64,000 bases of DNA from Octopus sinensis. Its lineage: Eukaryota. The stretch is taken from assembly GCF_006345805.1 (NCBI RefSeq), contig NC_043008.1, forward strand, positions 20,150,001-20,214,000. The letters run 5' to 3'. Of the stretch, positions 11,433-24,520 are shown in pieces. The notes under the pieces were generated by a model, which was not told the origin of the DNA, made no database searches, and was given only the letters and a program-made list of their open reading frames with translations. Every line of letters starts with the position of its first letter. Position 1 is the first letter of the stretch. The position numbers were made by a program, and so were the translations under genes.

Positions 11433-12449
11433 AGGCAGACCTTATATAAAGAATGAATCAATCAGAAGTGGAAGGTTTCAGTTTTTCATCCTTTACAGAT
11501 ACCGGGTAAAATGGACAAAGCGTTAGCTACAATAAATTATGACTGGTCTCTTCGAATTTCGCTCTCGGAATTTGATCGTCTCGATACTGCTATAGCAATC
11601 CTTGACACTGCTGACCAGACATCTTTATGATACATAACTTATATATTACTTTGGTCGGATAGACTTAATATAATTGGCTTGAAATTCGTAAAAGTGTGGT
11701 CCAAATTCAGATGCGTGGGATTACAGGAACTCCAATTATTCTATACTATACAATTGATCTACCTTTATTGTACTGTTGTTTCCGATGTATAAAATATTTT
11801 GAAAGAAACTTTTGATTCGGCAGGAGGAGGACGTCTTCCATAGTTTGCTATTGTGACATTTTTCTTCAGAATCATACGACTAGAAAAAATGGCTTATGCC
11901 CAATAGTCTTAACGTAATTACAGATGGAACACGTCTTATATAGTTCACTATTGTTAAGTTTTTCTTCAGTGTCATACGAGTAGAAGCAGCTGGTATGTCA
12001 TAGTCTTAAAGGTGATCATAGAAGGGAGACCTCAATAAGTTTATGATTAGTTCTGTTGGGAAAATAGCAACATTTAATAGTAAGTTCTGGACATCAAGTA
12101 TTCCTGTCTATTCATTAGAGAGTGCTGCGTTAAGTGCTGTACATTATTTTTTGGTCACTACATACTGACTTATGATTTTGTCTTGATCAATTTCAGGTTG
12201 GATCTTTCCGATATTGATAAATCTGCAACCACTTGTCGAAGAGTAGACCCAATGTTAGTAGATATACCTGTTACAAAAGATACCCTAGTCGTCATGTTTT
12301 ATAAGTGTTATAAATAAGTTGACTACATAGGCGCAAGCTTAGTTTTATGCTTAAGAAGCTCGCTTTACAACAACGTGATTCCACGTTCAGTTCCACTGCG
12401 CGGTACCTCATTCAGTTGTCTTCTAATATGTGTGTGTGTGGGGGGGGGG

Positions 12450-13095
12450 TCGTGTTTGTACCCTAACGCGTAAAAACGCACGTTGATTTTATATATACTC
12501 CTCCGTAACATAGCGGTTCCGTGAAAGAACCTGGTACCATTCCTAAAAATGATTAATGGGATTAATTTCCCCCGACTAAATCCTTCAAGGTGGTGCTCCA
12601 GCGTGCCCGCATTCCTTCCTTCAGCGTTTCTATCTCGCACTTTCAATTCTACCAATGAATTTACAAAGCTCAATTTAGTGAACTTAGTCATTCAACAACC
12701 AAATTGTGTTTTGGCAGCAATATATAAATCCATTAAAAACTAGAGACATTACAAAGCAAGACTCGTTTTCTCTTCTACATGTATCGTAGTTTGTACCCCA
12801 ATAGCGTAAAAATGCACGTTGATTTTATATATATACTCCTCCGTAACATAGCGGTTTCGTGAAAGAACCTGGTACCATTCCTAAAAATGATTAATGGGAT
12901 TGATTTCCCCGACTAAATCTGTCAAGCTGGTACTCCAGCGTGGCCGCATTCCCTCGTTCAGCGTTTCTATCTCGCACTTTTAATTCTACCAATGAATTTA
13001 CAAAGCTCAATTTAGTTTTGGCAGCAATATATAAATCCATTAAAATCTAGAGACATTACAAAGCAAGACTCGTTTTCTCTTCTACATGTATCGTT
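12450..13095 (+). repeat. Local tandem duplication (~335 + ~305 bp) containing a SINE-A tail fragment
   Basis: TTTGTACCC..TTCTCTTCTACATGTATCGT occurs twice; copy 2 lacks about 30 bp. Confidence 0.85.
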
Positions 13096-13644
13096 AAACC
13101 ATTTCTATAGTTATTGTTGAACTAGTTCTCTGCAGTTTTTCCTTGAAACAAGATTGATATGTAGGGCGGGTTTCCCCCACCTAACCACCCAACAACCACA
13201 TAAAATTAACCGTCGTTGACTTCAATAATTAATTCGTTCATTCACTCGTTAATTAATACATTGCATGTTATGGCAAGGAAAAACTTGTAATAAGATTGTT
13301 AAGTAAGACAATCCACGTTCCAATTTAGCTGGAAGTTACTAAGCATCCTCACGCAAATTATCATAGAATAATCATCGCTTGCATAATCATATCTTTTATG
13401 ATTTGCTTGTTTCAGTAATTAGATTGTGGTCATGCAGGACACCGAAAGGAAGGGGTTTAATCGAACGACTCACCGCTAGTACATATTTGCCTTTAAACAT
13501 CTGGTAGTCGTTGTATCGATCAATTATACCGAACTGTAAACAAACCAACACTGGTTGTCATAACTTGGTGAGGAACAAACACAAAAATATGCACGCACAC
13601 ACAAACACATATATATACACACACACACACATGTACCCAGGCCT

Positions 13645-13786
13645 AAGTAGCTTGCTTACCAACCACATGGTTCTGGGTTCAGTCCCACTGCGTGGCACCT
13701 TGGGAGAGTGTCTTCTACTATAACCTCGGGCCGACCAAAGCCTTGTGAGTGGATTTGGAAGACAGAAACCGAAGAGACTCGTCGTA

Positions 13787-13831
<45 letters not shown>

Positions 13832-14073
13832 TATATATTATATTATATATATATATGCGCGTGTATATGTTTGTGTGTCTGTGTTCGACCCGCAACATCG
13901 CTTGACAATCGATGCTGTTGTGTTTACGTCCCCGCAACTTAACGGTTCGGCAAAAGAGACCGATGCACTAAGTACTACACTTACAAAGAATAAGTCCTGG
14001 GGTCGATTTGCTCGACTCAAGGCGGTGCTCCAGCATGACCGCAGTGAAATGACTGAAACAATTAAAGAGTAAA
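13645..14073 (+). mobile_element. SINE family A
   Basis: Matches the copy at 27241-27661. Confidence 0.85.
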
Positions 14074-15330
14074 AATATACGTCTAAATTGTTAAGACGCC
14101 ATATTTTGTTTTGCAGCCATGGTATATAATAGGCTTATAAATGAAAGCCCTGTCCAAATTGTGTGTTAGCAGTGCAGGACAATTCCTTTCTAAGATGTCA
14201 CTACATTTTTTCTATAAAATTTAGAACCGGGGAAGAAAGTAACGACGATTTGTATTCGAATGGGTCTATGTTAACAATGTGATTGAAGATAGAACAATGG
14301 GTCAAGAGGGTATATGCATATTTCAAGAGTTATAACGCTCTCGTCAGTTCTACATCCAACACATTAAATACCCATGAATACATTTCTTAAGTACCCACTA
14401 ATTTTAATGGTGTAGCACTATTGGAAAGTCCAAGTTACTTTTTAAACACATTCTTGCATGTTAAGTATATATTAATATCTCGTAGGGACACCGTATTTCG
14501 TTTTGAAAACATAATATGCAACCAATGCGGCAGTATATTATGGTTCTTGCCCACTCAGATAGTAAAAATGAATAGCGCTTGTATTTCTAAGGGCCAGCTT
14601 TGTCATATTCTGTGTCATGCTGAATCGCCTTGAGAACTACGTTAAGGGTACACATGTGTATATACTCTTGAGCTATTTCCACGTTAATTTCATGAGCAGG
14701 CTTTTCGAGAGATCGGAACAACAAGAGGACTCGTTTTCCTAACCGATAAAATGCCTTAAATATAGGATAAGTCAGATGAGTCAGAGAGGACGGACAATTT
14801 TGAAAAAAATCTCAGAATCATTAATTTTAGCTGCAAGCAAATTTACTTGACATCAATGCGTCCGTATTGAATTACTATTTGTCAAAATCAAATGTGGAAC
14901 ACAACATCCCTCGCGTGATGTCTGTTTGCATTGATGCAATATCTGAAGGCGTTCCGGGGTCCGTACCATTCGTAGCTCGCTCACCGGTCTCCTATTCATT
15001 AGTGAACCTCGTGTACGAAGCACATTCACCCAACGTGAGGTAATGTTACGGGTGGGAACAGCCTTATATCAGTGTATGTTTTTGTACCACCGAAACTCAT
15101 ACTGAAATGCAGTAACACTCATTATTCTTCACATAACTGTTGTATTAAACACGCGATTCTCTATCATCCACAGTGCCATGGCTTCACCTGAAATGAAACG
15201 AAAATGCTAAGACACCAAGGACGGAATCGTACCTCTCGAACACAAGTCGCTTCCACTGGAACAAAGTAATAGCCATTTAAAAAACACGCCTCCTCTCTGA
15301 CCCACCTATATATATTCTTTCATTCTTTTG

Positions 15331-15481
15331 CTGAACCGCTAAGTTACGGGGGCGTAAACACACCAACATCGGTTGCCAAATGATGGTGGGGGAAAACACA
15401 GACAGAGAAACACACATACACACACACACTCATACACACACACACTCATACACACACACATATATATATATACATATATAC

Positions 15482-15542
<61 letters not shown>

Positions 15543-15697
15543 TATGCGACGGGCGTCTTTCAGCTTCCGTCTGCCAAATGCACTCACAATGGTTTGGTCG
15601 GCCCGAGGCTATAGTAGAAGACACTTGCCCAAGATGCCACGCAGTGGGACCGAACCAGGAACCATGTGGTTGGTAAGCAAGCTACTTACCACCAACC
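15331..15697 (-). mobile_element. SINE family A (tail truncated)
   Basis: Reverse complement of the family A head and body. Confidence 0.8.
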
Positions 15698-15713
15698 CAC
15701 TCCGACGGCAATA

Positions 15714-15748
<35 letters not shown>

Positions 15749-15848
15749 ATAACGGGAAGCTTTATGAAAATAGACAAAAGACGAAGGCAGGTGGAAAACA
15801 AACAAACAATTGTATTAGTATGGCGCTCAGAAATATAAATAAAACAAG

Positions 15849-15886
15849 TCTTTAACGTTTCGAGCCTACGCTCTTCAACAGAAAGA
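15849..15886 (-). ncRNA. Minimal hammerhead ribozyme, variant core CUGUUGA
   Basis: TCTTT-CTGTTGA-A-GAGC-GTAG-GCTC-GAAAC-GTT|AAAGA. Stems I and II pair perfectly; lies in a ~200-bp element between microsatellites. Confidence 0.6.
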
Positions 15887-15949
15887 TACACAGAGAGAAA
15901 AAAACACAGAAAGAAGGAGAGAAAAAAAATGCGTGCAGTAACTAACGAA

Positions 15950-16040
<91 letters not shown>

Positions 16041-16796
16041 GCAAGGAGCTTCTTTCAGTTTCCGTCAATATAATCCATGGACGAGGATTTGGTCAGAGCA
16101 GCTCTATAGTAGAAGATGCGTGCCCGAAACTGCCATACAGTGACAATGAACCTGCAAACGTCTTCTCACGCAGCCATGCCTATGAGTGTATCTACATTAT
16201 GAGCCGAAACACTGCCAGGTTTTCATCTCAACTACCTTCTCAGCCTACACTTCACACTGTTCCTTGTTCTAAGCGTTAGATTAAAGTGACATATATTTCA
16301 TAAATTCGTTTATACGTCTGTTGAGATGAAAAAAAAAACGTTTCGAATCAGACTGCTTTCTTCTCTGTACCCCGTATCATTTGGCCCCGACGTATGTTGT
16401 TTGGTAAATGAAGTTCTCTCTATCTCCTTCTTTCTCTCCCTCTCTCTCTCTTTCTCCCCCATCTCTCTCTCTCTCCCCTTCTCTCTCTCTTTCTATCTCT
16501 CACAAACCACACTTTGACATCTTAACTTCGGAAACAACAGATTTCAATAGGCAATCCCACACTCACACACACACATACACATATGTACATACAAGTACCA
16601 CGCACACATACATACAAGCACACACACACACACACGCATTGATACAGATAGACGGGCAGAGAGATGTTAGATAAATCGATTGATATAGATTGAGAGGTAG
16701 AGAGATTGAGGGTGTAGATATAGCTGTATACATATACAAATACATGCCTGTATATACAGATGCCTATATTTATGCAGTCATGTCTCTTACAGTATA

Positions 16797-16832
<36 letters not shown>

Positions 16833-17449
16833 AAACAACTATAAAATGTATGTCACACTATGCAAAAGGAAATTGCCGTGTGGTATTTCTGCCACTATTC
16901 TAAAATGTATGTTCATTTTCCTTAAACGGACAAATAAAAGATGATATTTAGTTTTTGACTGGCGCTGTTGCTACTTCCTTTTGGATATATTGTCTTTCAT
17001 TTCTTGAATTACGCATCCTATAATAACACATCGGTGTTCTTATACAACTATATTGTACACACCAATTATATTGTACACACCAACTATATTGTATATCCAT
17101 AGCCTATTTATTACTTCATTCATTGCTATGTTATGATATTATTTCAAGCTTTTAATATGGTATTTACTTGGCATGTGAATTAAAATGGTATCTCGCGGAA
17201 AATTTAAGAGAATTACTCGTTTCCAATTGCTTAAGTAATTTTTCTTTACTCATGAAAAAAAATAGCCTCCTTAAATCTTCGCCAATATACTGAGTCATAG
17301 ATATAGAGAATAATGTTGCATTTTCTTTCAGAAATATAACGTACATAAACCAGCTATTTTCATGATGAGTAATTTAGTCCTCGGTTAGAATCCAGTCTGG
17401 TCTAAAGTTTCAAATCCTATATGACTGTAATTATCATATTTATACGACA

Positions 17450-18430
17450 CCTGCAGAACCCGTGAATATTTCACGGAATTAATGGTAAACATATTGGGTT
17501 ATTTCTGAAAACTTTATCCCCCCCCCCCACCAAAAAAACCCCTGAAAACTTCTTATTGAAAAGTGAAATAAATTGGAATACGTGGATTGCTTACTGTACT
17601 TTTATAGGCTTAATACACAACACTCATAAAATGAATATTCAATCTTATTTATCATCTTTATGGGGAAAATGAAAAACTATCTCGTACATATGATACAACC
17701 TTCAGTTAAATTGCATATATCTGCCACGTAAATAAGTTTTAGGCGTAGGAGTGGCTGTTTGGTAAGTAGCTTGCTTACCAGCCACGTTTCCGGGTTCAGT
17801 TCCACTGCGTGGCACCTTGGGCGAGTGTCTTCTACTATATATATGTGTGTGTTTGTGTGTGTATGTTTGTGTGTCTGTGTTTGTTCCCCCAACATCGCTT
17901 GACAACCGATGCTGGTGTGTTTACGTCCGCTTAACTTAGCGGCACGGCAAAAGTGACCGATAGAATAAGAACTAGGCTTACAAAGAATAAGTCCTGGGGT
18001 CGATTTGATCGACTAAAGGCGGTGCACCAGCATGGCCACAGTCAAATGACTGAAACAAGTAAAAGAGTAAAGCTTCAAAATTTCACGAAATTGCACTTAT
18101 GAGTCAAGTGATAGGTGATATAAATTAGTTCAATTAAAAACAAGTACAGAACACACTAACCAATCACGACCTCCTCCATCTTTCCCATAACCACCACTTC
18201 CATGATCATCATATCTCTTTCCTCTCTATCTCCCTCCTCTCCCCCCTCTCTCTCTCTCTCTCTCTTTCTACCATTCTTTAACCTTACCATCAGAACTTAA
18301 CCTCGTCTGCTAAAATTATATTTTAAACTCTCCTCCTCGATATTTAACTACTTTTCAACCACATAATAGATATTTCGTTCTCCCTACCCCACATCATGGA
18401 CGCTTCTCTCTCCCTCTTTTTCTCACTCCC
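17450..18430. repeat. Dispersed repeat, inverted homolog of ~62850-63670 (unclassified DNA transposon/Helitron-like)
   Basis: Shared blocks GTAAACATATTGGGTTATTTCTGAAAAC, AAATTGGAATACG, AAAATTTCACG.AATTGCACTTA and AAAATATAATTTTAGCAGA occur in both places in opposite orientation. Confidence 0.65.
17741..18070 (+). mobile_element. SINE family A (internal deletion), inserted into a dispersed repeat
   Basis: Family A head and tail; the flanks match the 62790-63670 repeat. Confidence 0.8.
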
Positions 18431-19401
18431 TCTTTTTCCCACTCCCTATTTACTTTCTTCCCCTTTTAATCTAATCACTTGAAACCGTTACCAACGGGCT
18501 AAGTAACGCAATGACAAGCAGATTTAGTATAACATATGACAATATTATGTACGACTCACCGTTTTTGGCTGCGACAAACACAATTATTTTATAATTATAT
18601 ATTTCTAAGATGAGAGAGAAACGGAAATTACGTCGTTCATACATTTATATAATTTCTTAGAAACTTGATAGATACGTTACAAAAATCTGAAACTTAATAG
18701 GATATTGTGTGAAACCCAAGGACGCAAATTATCGATAAATGGGAACAGTAGTTCTTTTACATTGTAGTATATTTCTGAAAGAAACGACAACACATATGTA
18801 GAAGACATTTATGATTTAGTGTAATAGGCATGATTTATAACCAATATTATTCAATAACTGAACAAAAGTAACTTTAGCAATTGAACTGAAAATAAGTTAA
18901 TCACTTGAATTTTCCACGACAAGCTTTATTTAAATTCACCTGTCAAGGAAATATCATAATAAACGCATGAAATAGCAATTAATTGCATAAATACAAGGCT
19001 ATGAATTTATAATATAGCTAGTGCGCAGATTCCGTATGAATGCTTAAGTGATTGCCATTAAGGAACACGACAGGTGAAAAGGAAAATTCCCACAAGAAAT
19101 GGCAGCAAAGCTTTTTTTTTATATGGGTACACGGGTAATTCATGTATATACACATGTATGTACATGAATAGCGAACTGGCTGTCACTGCAAAGTATGTAA
19201 ACATGCATATCTACTATGGCAATCATGCACACGCTCTTACATATAAGCAAACACACACACACGTACACATACACACACACATGTAGATATGTATATATGT
19301 ATTAATGGGGCGCAAAGGACGATCGTTATGCATCATCTTCATAAGATTATATATGTTCAAGTAGAAGGAAACGATCAGTAATAATCATCGACATTCCTTC
19401 A

Positions 19402-19409
<8 letters not shown>

Positions 19410-19457
<48 letters not shown>

Positions 19458-19462
19458 ATATA

Positions 19463-19523
<61 letters not shown>

Positions 19524-19550
19524 TAATATAATAATAATAAAAAAAATAAC

Positions 19551-19586
<36 letters not shown>

Positions 19587-19623
19587 AATAACAATAATAA
19601 TGATAATAATAATAACAATAATA

Positions 19624-19657
<34 letters not shown>

Positions 19658-19743
19658 CAATAATAATGATAATAATAATAATAATAATGATAATAATAAC
19701 AATAACAATAATAATGATAATAATAATGACAATAATAATAATA

Positions 19744-19807
<64 letters not shown>

Positions 19808-19873
19808 CAATAATAATGATAATAATAATAATAATGATAATAATGATAATAATAATAATAATGGTAATGATAA

Positions 19874-19912
<39 letters not shown>

Positions 19913-19983
19913 TAATAATAATAATAATGATAATAATAACAATAACAATAATAATGATAATGATAATGACATTAATAATAATA

Positions 19984-20055
<72 letters not shown>

Positions 20056-20056
20056 T
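19410..20056. repeat. (TA)n/(ATGT)n/(AAT,GAT)n compound microsatellite
   Basis: Direct reading. Confidence 0.95.
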
Positions 20057-20575
20057 TGGGGTGTATAACCCCAAACTTACGTTATCGTTCTGTTTATTAT
20101 TTAGGCAGTCATCGCAATTGTTATAATGTCTTGTTGTTGAGATAGGATCTCTTTCTTTCCTGATGAGAAAATTGCATTTTACACTGTTTATTCCTTTGGA
20201 ATAAAACCAATGTTGTCTTCGAAACATATAAAAGAATCTTAATAACATCTTCGTTCAACTTCATTTATTTACTTATACTACACAAATTATTGCACATTAA
20301 CCCGGAGTTTCTACCTTTGAATAGGTCTCTTCATCCGTGTTACTTGCGAGAATTTTGCTACCCTGGTAACTGTTTATTGAATTTTCCATGTTAATGGTAA
20401 ACAAAGGATAATTCATTCATTTATATATATATATAATAAGGGTAAAAAATTGAATATTTATTTGATTAATATCAATTTAAATCCAGTGGTCTAGCATATT
20501 AAAATCTGAAGGTTGAGAAAATTATTTTACATACCTATAATAGGGATGACCACTATGTGGACAACATTAATGCTA

Positions 20576-20910
20576 GAAGTAGATCCGCTATAATCTTACC
20601 ACTAAGAAAGGAATGTTCTCAAAAAAATTTAGCAAACGCCAGAACGTAAGCGAGCAAGACAAATGAAAAGAAACAAAAATATAGATTAAACATAGACATG
20701 TTTCGCTACCAACAGTTACGCAATTTTACTTACGGAATTGTCCGTAGATCTTCGGTATGATCATACCGATCATACCGAAATGCTACATGGCTATGAGTAA
20801 TCTCTATTTTTGTTTCTTTTCATTAGTCCCGCTCGCTTGCGTTCTGGCGTTTACTAAATGTTATTGAGAACATTCCTTTTTTAGTGGTAAGACCAAAGCG
20901 GATCTACTTC
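20576..20910. repeat. Foldback element: ~125-bp inverted arms (20576-20700 / 20786-20910)
   Basis: GAAGTAGATCCGCT..CATAGACATG pairs with CATGGCTATG..AGCGGATCTACTTC. Confidence 0.85.
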
Positions 20911-20927
20911 ACCCCGCTTATATGTGT

Positions 20928-20978
<51 letters not shown>

Positions 20979-20999
20979 GTATGTAAACGCACACATATG

Positions 21000-21530
21000 T
21001 TTGTAGCCCAAGTTTTATAGGTATTTGCTGTAACTGCTAGGGTGTTGTTTGGTAGCATCTTCCTGTAGATTCCAGACCCATCTGTATTGTACAGTTGTTC
21101 TGCGATGAGGAACTCTGCTTCTATATGTTATTTGAAGGTAGCTGGGAAGTCATCTGTAGCTTGGCTGTCTTCTGATCTCTGCTCCCCACTGATATTCATA
21201 TCACCTATATCAAGGCGCTTCTGGAACCTGTACAATCACCCCTTGCTGGCTAGAAAGGTCCGCTGGTCAGGCCGGGCACGTTGTTCTGGATACAGCTGGC
21301 TATGAAACTTCTCTGCCTGGATTCTGATAATGGCGCCTGCCCGGGGTCTGCCGCCACTCTGCTTCTGGACATCCAGATGAAAACTGCTTTCTCAAGTTCA
21401 CTTTCAGTGGCAGTCCTGGCTTTCTTCCTAACTAGGCCCTCACTGTCCATAACTGTACGTATATAACTCCTGAGGTTAACCTCATCCTTAACCCAACCAC
21501 GCAGCGTTTTCTCTTTACATATCTCTTTAC
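21000..21530 (-). pseudogene. Tigger/Jerky (pogo) transposase fragment with CENP-B-type HTH
   Basis: KTLRGW..RKKART..ELEKAVFIW, then frameshift: IIRIQAEKFH..FLASKG*LYRFQKR..ISGEQRS..EQLYNTDGSGIYRKMLPNNTLA. Confidence 0.85.
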
Positions 21531-21550
21531 TCTTTACTTGATTCATATCT

Positions 21551-21940
21551 CTCTACTCTTTATTTGTTTCAGTCATTTGACTGTGGCCATGCTGGAGCAG
21601 CGCCTTTAGTCGAAGATATCGACCCCAGGACGTATTCTTTGTAAGCCTAGTCTTATTCTATGTCTCTTTTGCCGAAACGCAAAACACACCAGGGGACGTA
21701 AACACACCAGCATCGGTTGTCAAGTGATGTTGGTGGGGACAAATACAGACACACAAACATACACACATACACAACAATAATATATATATATATACATATA
21801 TATACGACGGGCTTCTTTCTGTTTCCGTCTACCAAATCCACTCACAAGGCTTTGGTCGGCCCGAGGTGCCCAAGGTGCCACGCAGTGGGACTGAACCCGG
21901 AACCATGTGGTTGGTAATCAAGCTACTTACATTGCAGCCT
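21551..21940 (-). mobile_element. SINE family A
   Basis: Reverse complement of family A. Confidence 0.85.
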
Positions 21941-22313
21941 CTCCATGTTTCAAAAAGATTGGTACAAATACGAAGATAGAACACCTACAAAAATCAGAAT
22001 TGCTTGAAACTGCAAGAACGTGTTGACAAATAGTGTACATACACCTATCCGTTCGCAGCGACTCTTCTCAATTGTCACCATTTGTAACAATTTGTCTGCA
22101 GCGAGAAATGTTCTTATTAACAAAACACAGTGAATGACCGGTCTTCGAGTTCAAATGTGCCACACGCATTTTGAACTGGTAATGACATTACATTTCTATA
22201 CTTCACTGCTTAGTGCTCCCTTTCATGGATTTGCTTACAGTGAGCCGCAGCATAGCGCTGATCAGCCACCGTAAGTTGACTGAAATACCATTGGTCAGTT
22301 AAAATTTAGACAG

Positions 22314-22685
22314 TGTCACGTGATAACTTGCTGGAGCTGCCTGCTGGAGTCTGGCAGCGGGTATTCAAAGGGAAATTTAACAAGACAGTCAGTCGCCCGC
22401 TGACACTCGTTGACGTTACATCGAAGAGGCAAGGGAACAGAAGAAAGAAGGGGAAAGAAGACATGCACTCAACACCAGAGCTGAAGACACCTCCGAAAGC
22501 GCCGGGTCCGCCTCGTTAAAACGGCAGAAAAGTAGGGACCGAAACCGGACGTGGTTCCTTCTGATGATGGCTTGAGCTAACCGGATCCTATAAAGGAGCT
22601 GTTGTGGTAGCAGACCACTAAACATGGTTAAAATTCCTCCTCTCTTTTATCACTTCGCCGCGCCACCTACCTAGTGTTTGTGACA
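22314..22685. mobile_element. Possible solo LTR (TGTCAC...GTGACA)
   Basis: 372-bp GC-richer island bounded by a 6-bp TG..CA inverted repeat; no clean TSD. Confidence 0.35.
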
Positions 22686-22884
22686 GAAGAGGAGATAACC
22701 ACTCCGATATGCTTGCATCTAACAGTCTCGATAGGTGGCACAGCGAACTGATTTAGGTGTATTTACACCATTTGTCCAAAGGATAAATTTTCTCCATGCC
22801 AAAACACAGTGAATGGCGTGACTACGAGTTCAAACGTGCTACAAGAATATTCGATCTCGTAATAATTATTTCCAATTTTTTCCA

Positions 22885-23045
22885 CAAAGGCAGCTTGGAG
22901 GGTGTTCAACTGGTACTTATTTTATCGACCCCGAAAGGATGAAAGGCAAATTCGACCTATGTAGAATTTCAACTCAGAATGTAGCAATGGGCTAAATACC
23001 TCTAAGTATTTCATCCAGCTTGCTAACGATTCTGCTAGTTCGCCG
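22885..23045 (-). mobile_element. SINE family B
   Basis: GGTACTTATTTTATCGACCCCGAAAGGATGAAAGGCAAA. Confidence 0.8.
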
Positions 23046-23929
23046 CTTTCTTTGATCTGGTAATAACGTTGTCCTATTTTTCTTTGCGATTAGTGTGTTA
23101 TGCCTGTGTTTATATGGAAAATAAGCCTTCCTTCTAAGTATAGCTTCCTTTATCTATATTTTCTGAGAAATACTGAATAGGATAGATTTCTTATTTACTA
23201 ATGTTTTCTTATTGAAAGTTTGGATTCTTTTTTTATGATATACTCTATTATGATAGCACATCTTGCAAGCGTATAGACAGCCGCTAGTCAAACGTCGTAT
23301 TTTGGTTGCCAGGACAAGACTTGGTTTTCTAAGGTTTACCGCTTTCATTATTCAATATAATTTTTATATCAGAATTGAGATTATTCCCGATCTTCTTCTT
23401 TGGTAACAGTATATAAGTAGATATATGTTTACCTATAATACGGAACAATCTTGAACAAAATCTCTGATCAGTTAGCGTTTTCATTTAATTTTAGCTACAA
23501 TTGGCTGATATCAAAATTACAGTCAATTCTATACTATCACATCGTTTTTATCTTTTACTCTCTAAATAATCTCAATTGTATTGTTTGTCAGTAAGCAATA
23601 GGGCTGGTCAGCTGTTTTTTATTATTTTATTGATAACTTTGGGGAATATTTTCAGAAACTTCTTAGTCTTACCTACTTTGATGCTTCTGGGTTAAGAAAA
23701 CCCCCCGGAATTTTTCTATCAGGTCAAGATTTTTGTTAAGCAGGGATTCATATCTTACCAAAAATTGTCAATTTTGCCTTAAATGCAATAAGAAACTGAT
23801 ACAAGCCACATAGTATGTTTTATGGTGTAACAAACCTCTGTCACAAAATGTTTAATTACACACGTTAGGATAAATATTTCTTCTGAGAAACTGTAGTTTC
23901 ATTTAATGAAGGAGTGAACTTTCTCGTTG

Positions 23930-24520
23930 CTGCTTTCCGTGAATAACTTGAATTTCGACAGTAACATTCAGCCATCATGCTTGTGTTCCGCCTGCCTTGA
24001 TACGTAGTCTTCTTGGTCTCGGTGTCTTGGAATCTTTGTCATTGCTCATGACTAATTATTGCAGTGAAGTAGTCCATATGTCTATGCAGGAAATGCGCTT
24101 TTATATGCACGTAGCAGCCGAGGACTCGAAATCTGGTTAACAAGGTTAGCACCTATTCTTCATAATTTGATGGAGCATTCCATGCTCTTTTATGGACGCC
24201 AGATATGGTTTACAAATCTGCTCGTCCTGCAATAGCCACCTTATCTGTGGCTTGTCAAACACACCAACCTTAATGTTGTCACTGGATAAAGCTGGAAATG
24301 TTCTGTTTAAGTATGTGAAACAGTCTCAGTCTCAGGTTTTCAACGCATGTTTTACACACTGTATAGGATTTGTCATGGTCACTAAGCATCATGTCAAGTT
24401 AGGTAAACCTTTTTCATAAAATCGGAGATTTTGCTTCGCTGCCTAGGTATAATTTGACCTCCACACAGAAAACATCGGGGCTACTTTTGCAAATTACTTC
24501 TTGCAACTGTTCATATTTCT
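23930..24520 (-). pseudogene. Internally deleted, decayed DNA transposase resembling Chapaev3
   Basis: N-terminal ICKSSPDVFC..G..DHDKS..VCKTCVE zinc-type motif joined to C-terminal HIKAHFLHRHMDYF..TYQGRRNTSMMAEC. Family assignment is from memory of these motifs. Confidence 0.55.

Noticed and set aside
19385-20248. Long poly-L/I/Y/S/T ORFs here and at 33.5-37, 41.5-48.6 and 56.5-58.1 kb
   Set aside because: Translations of di-, tri- and tetranucleotide microsatellites; no evidence of coding.
22555-22600. CTGATGA-TGGC-TTGA-GCTA as a hammerhead
   Set aside because: No GAAA core on the 3' side.
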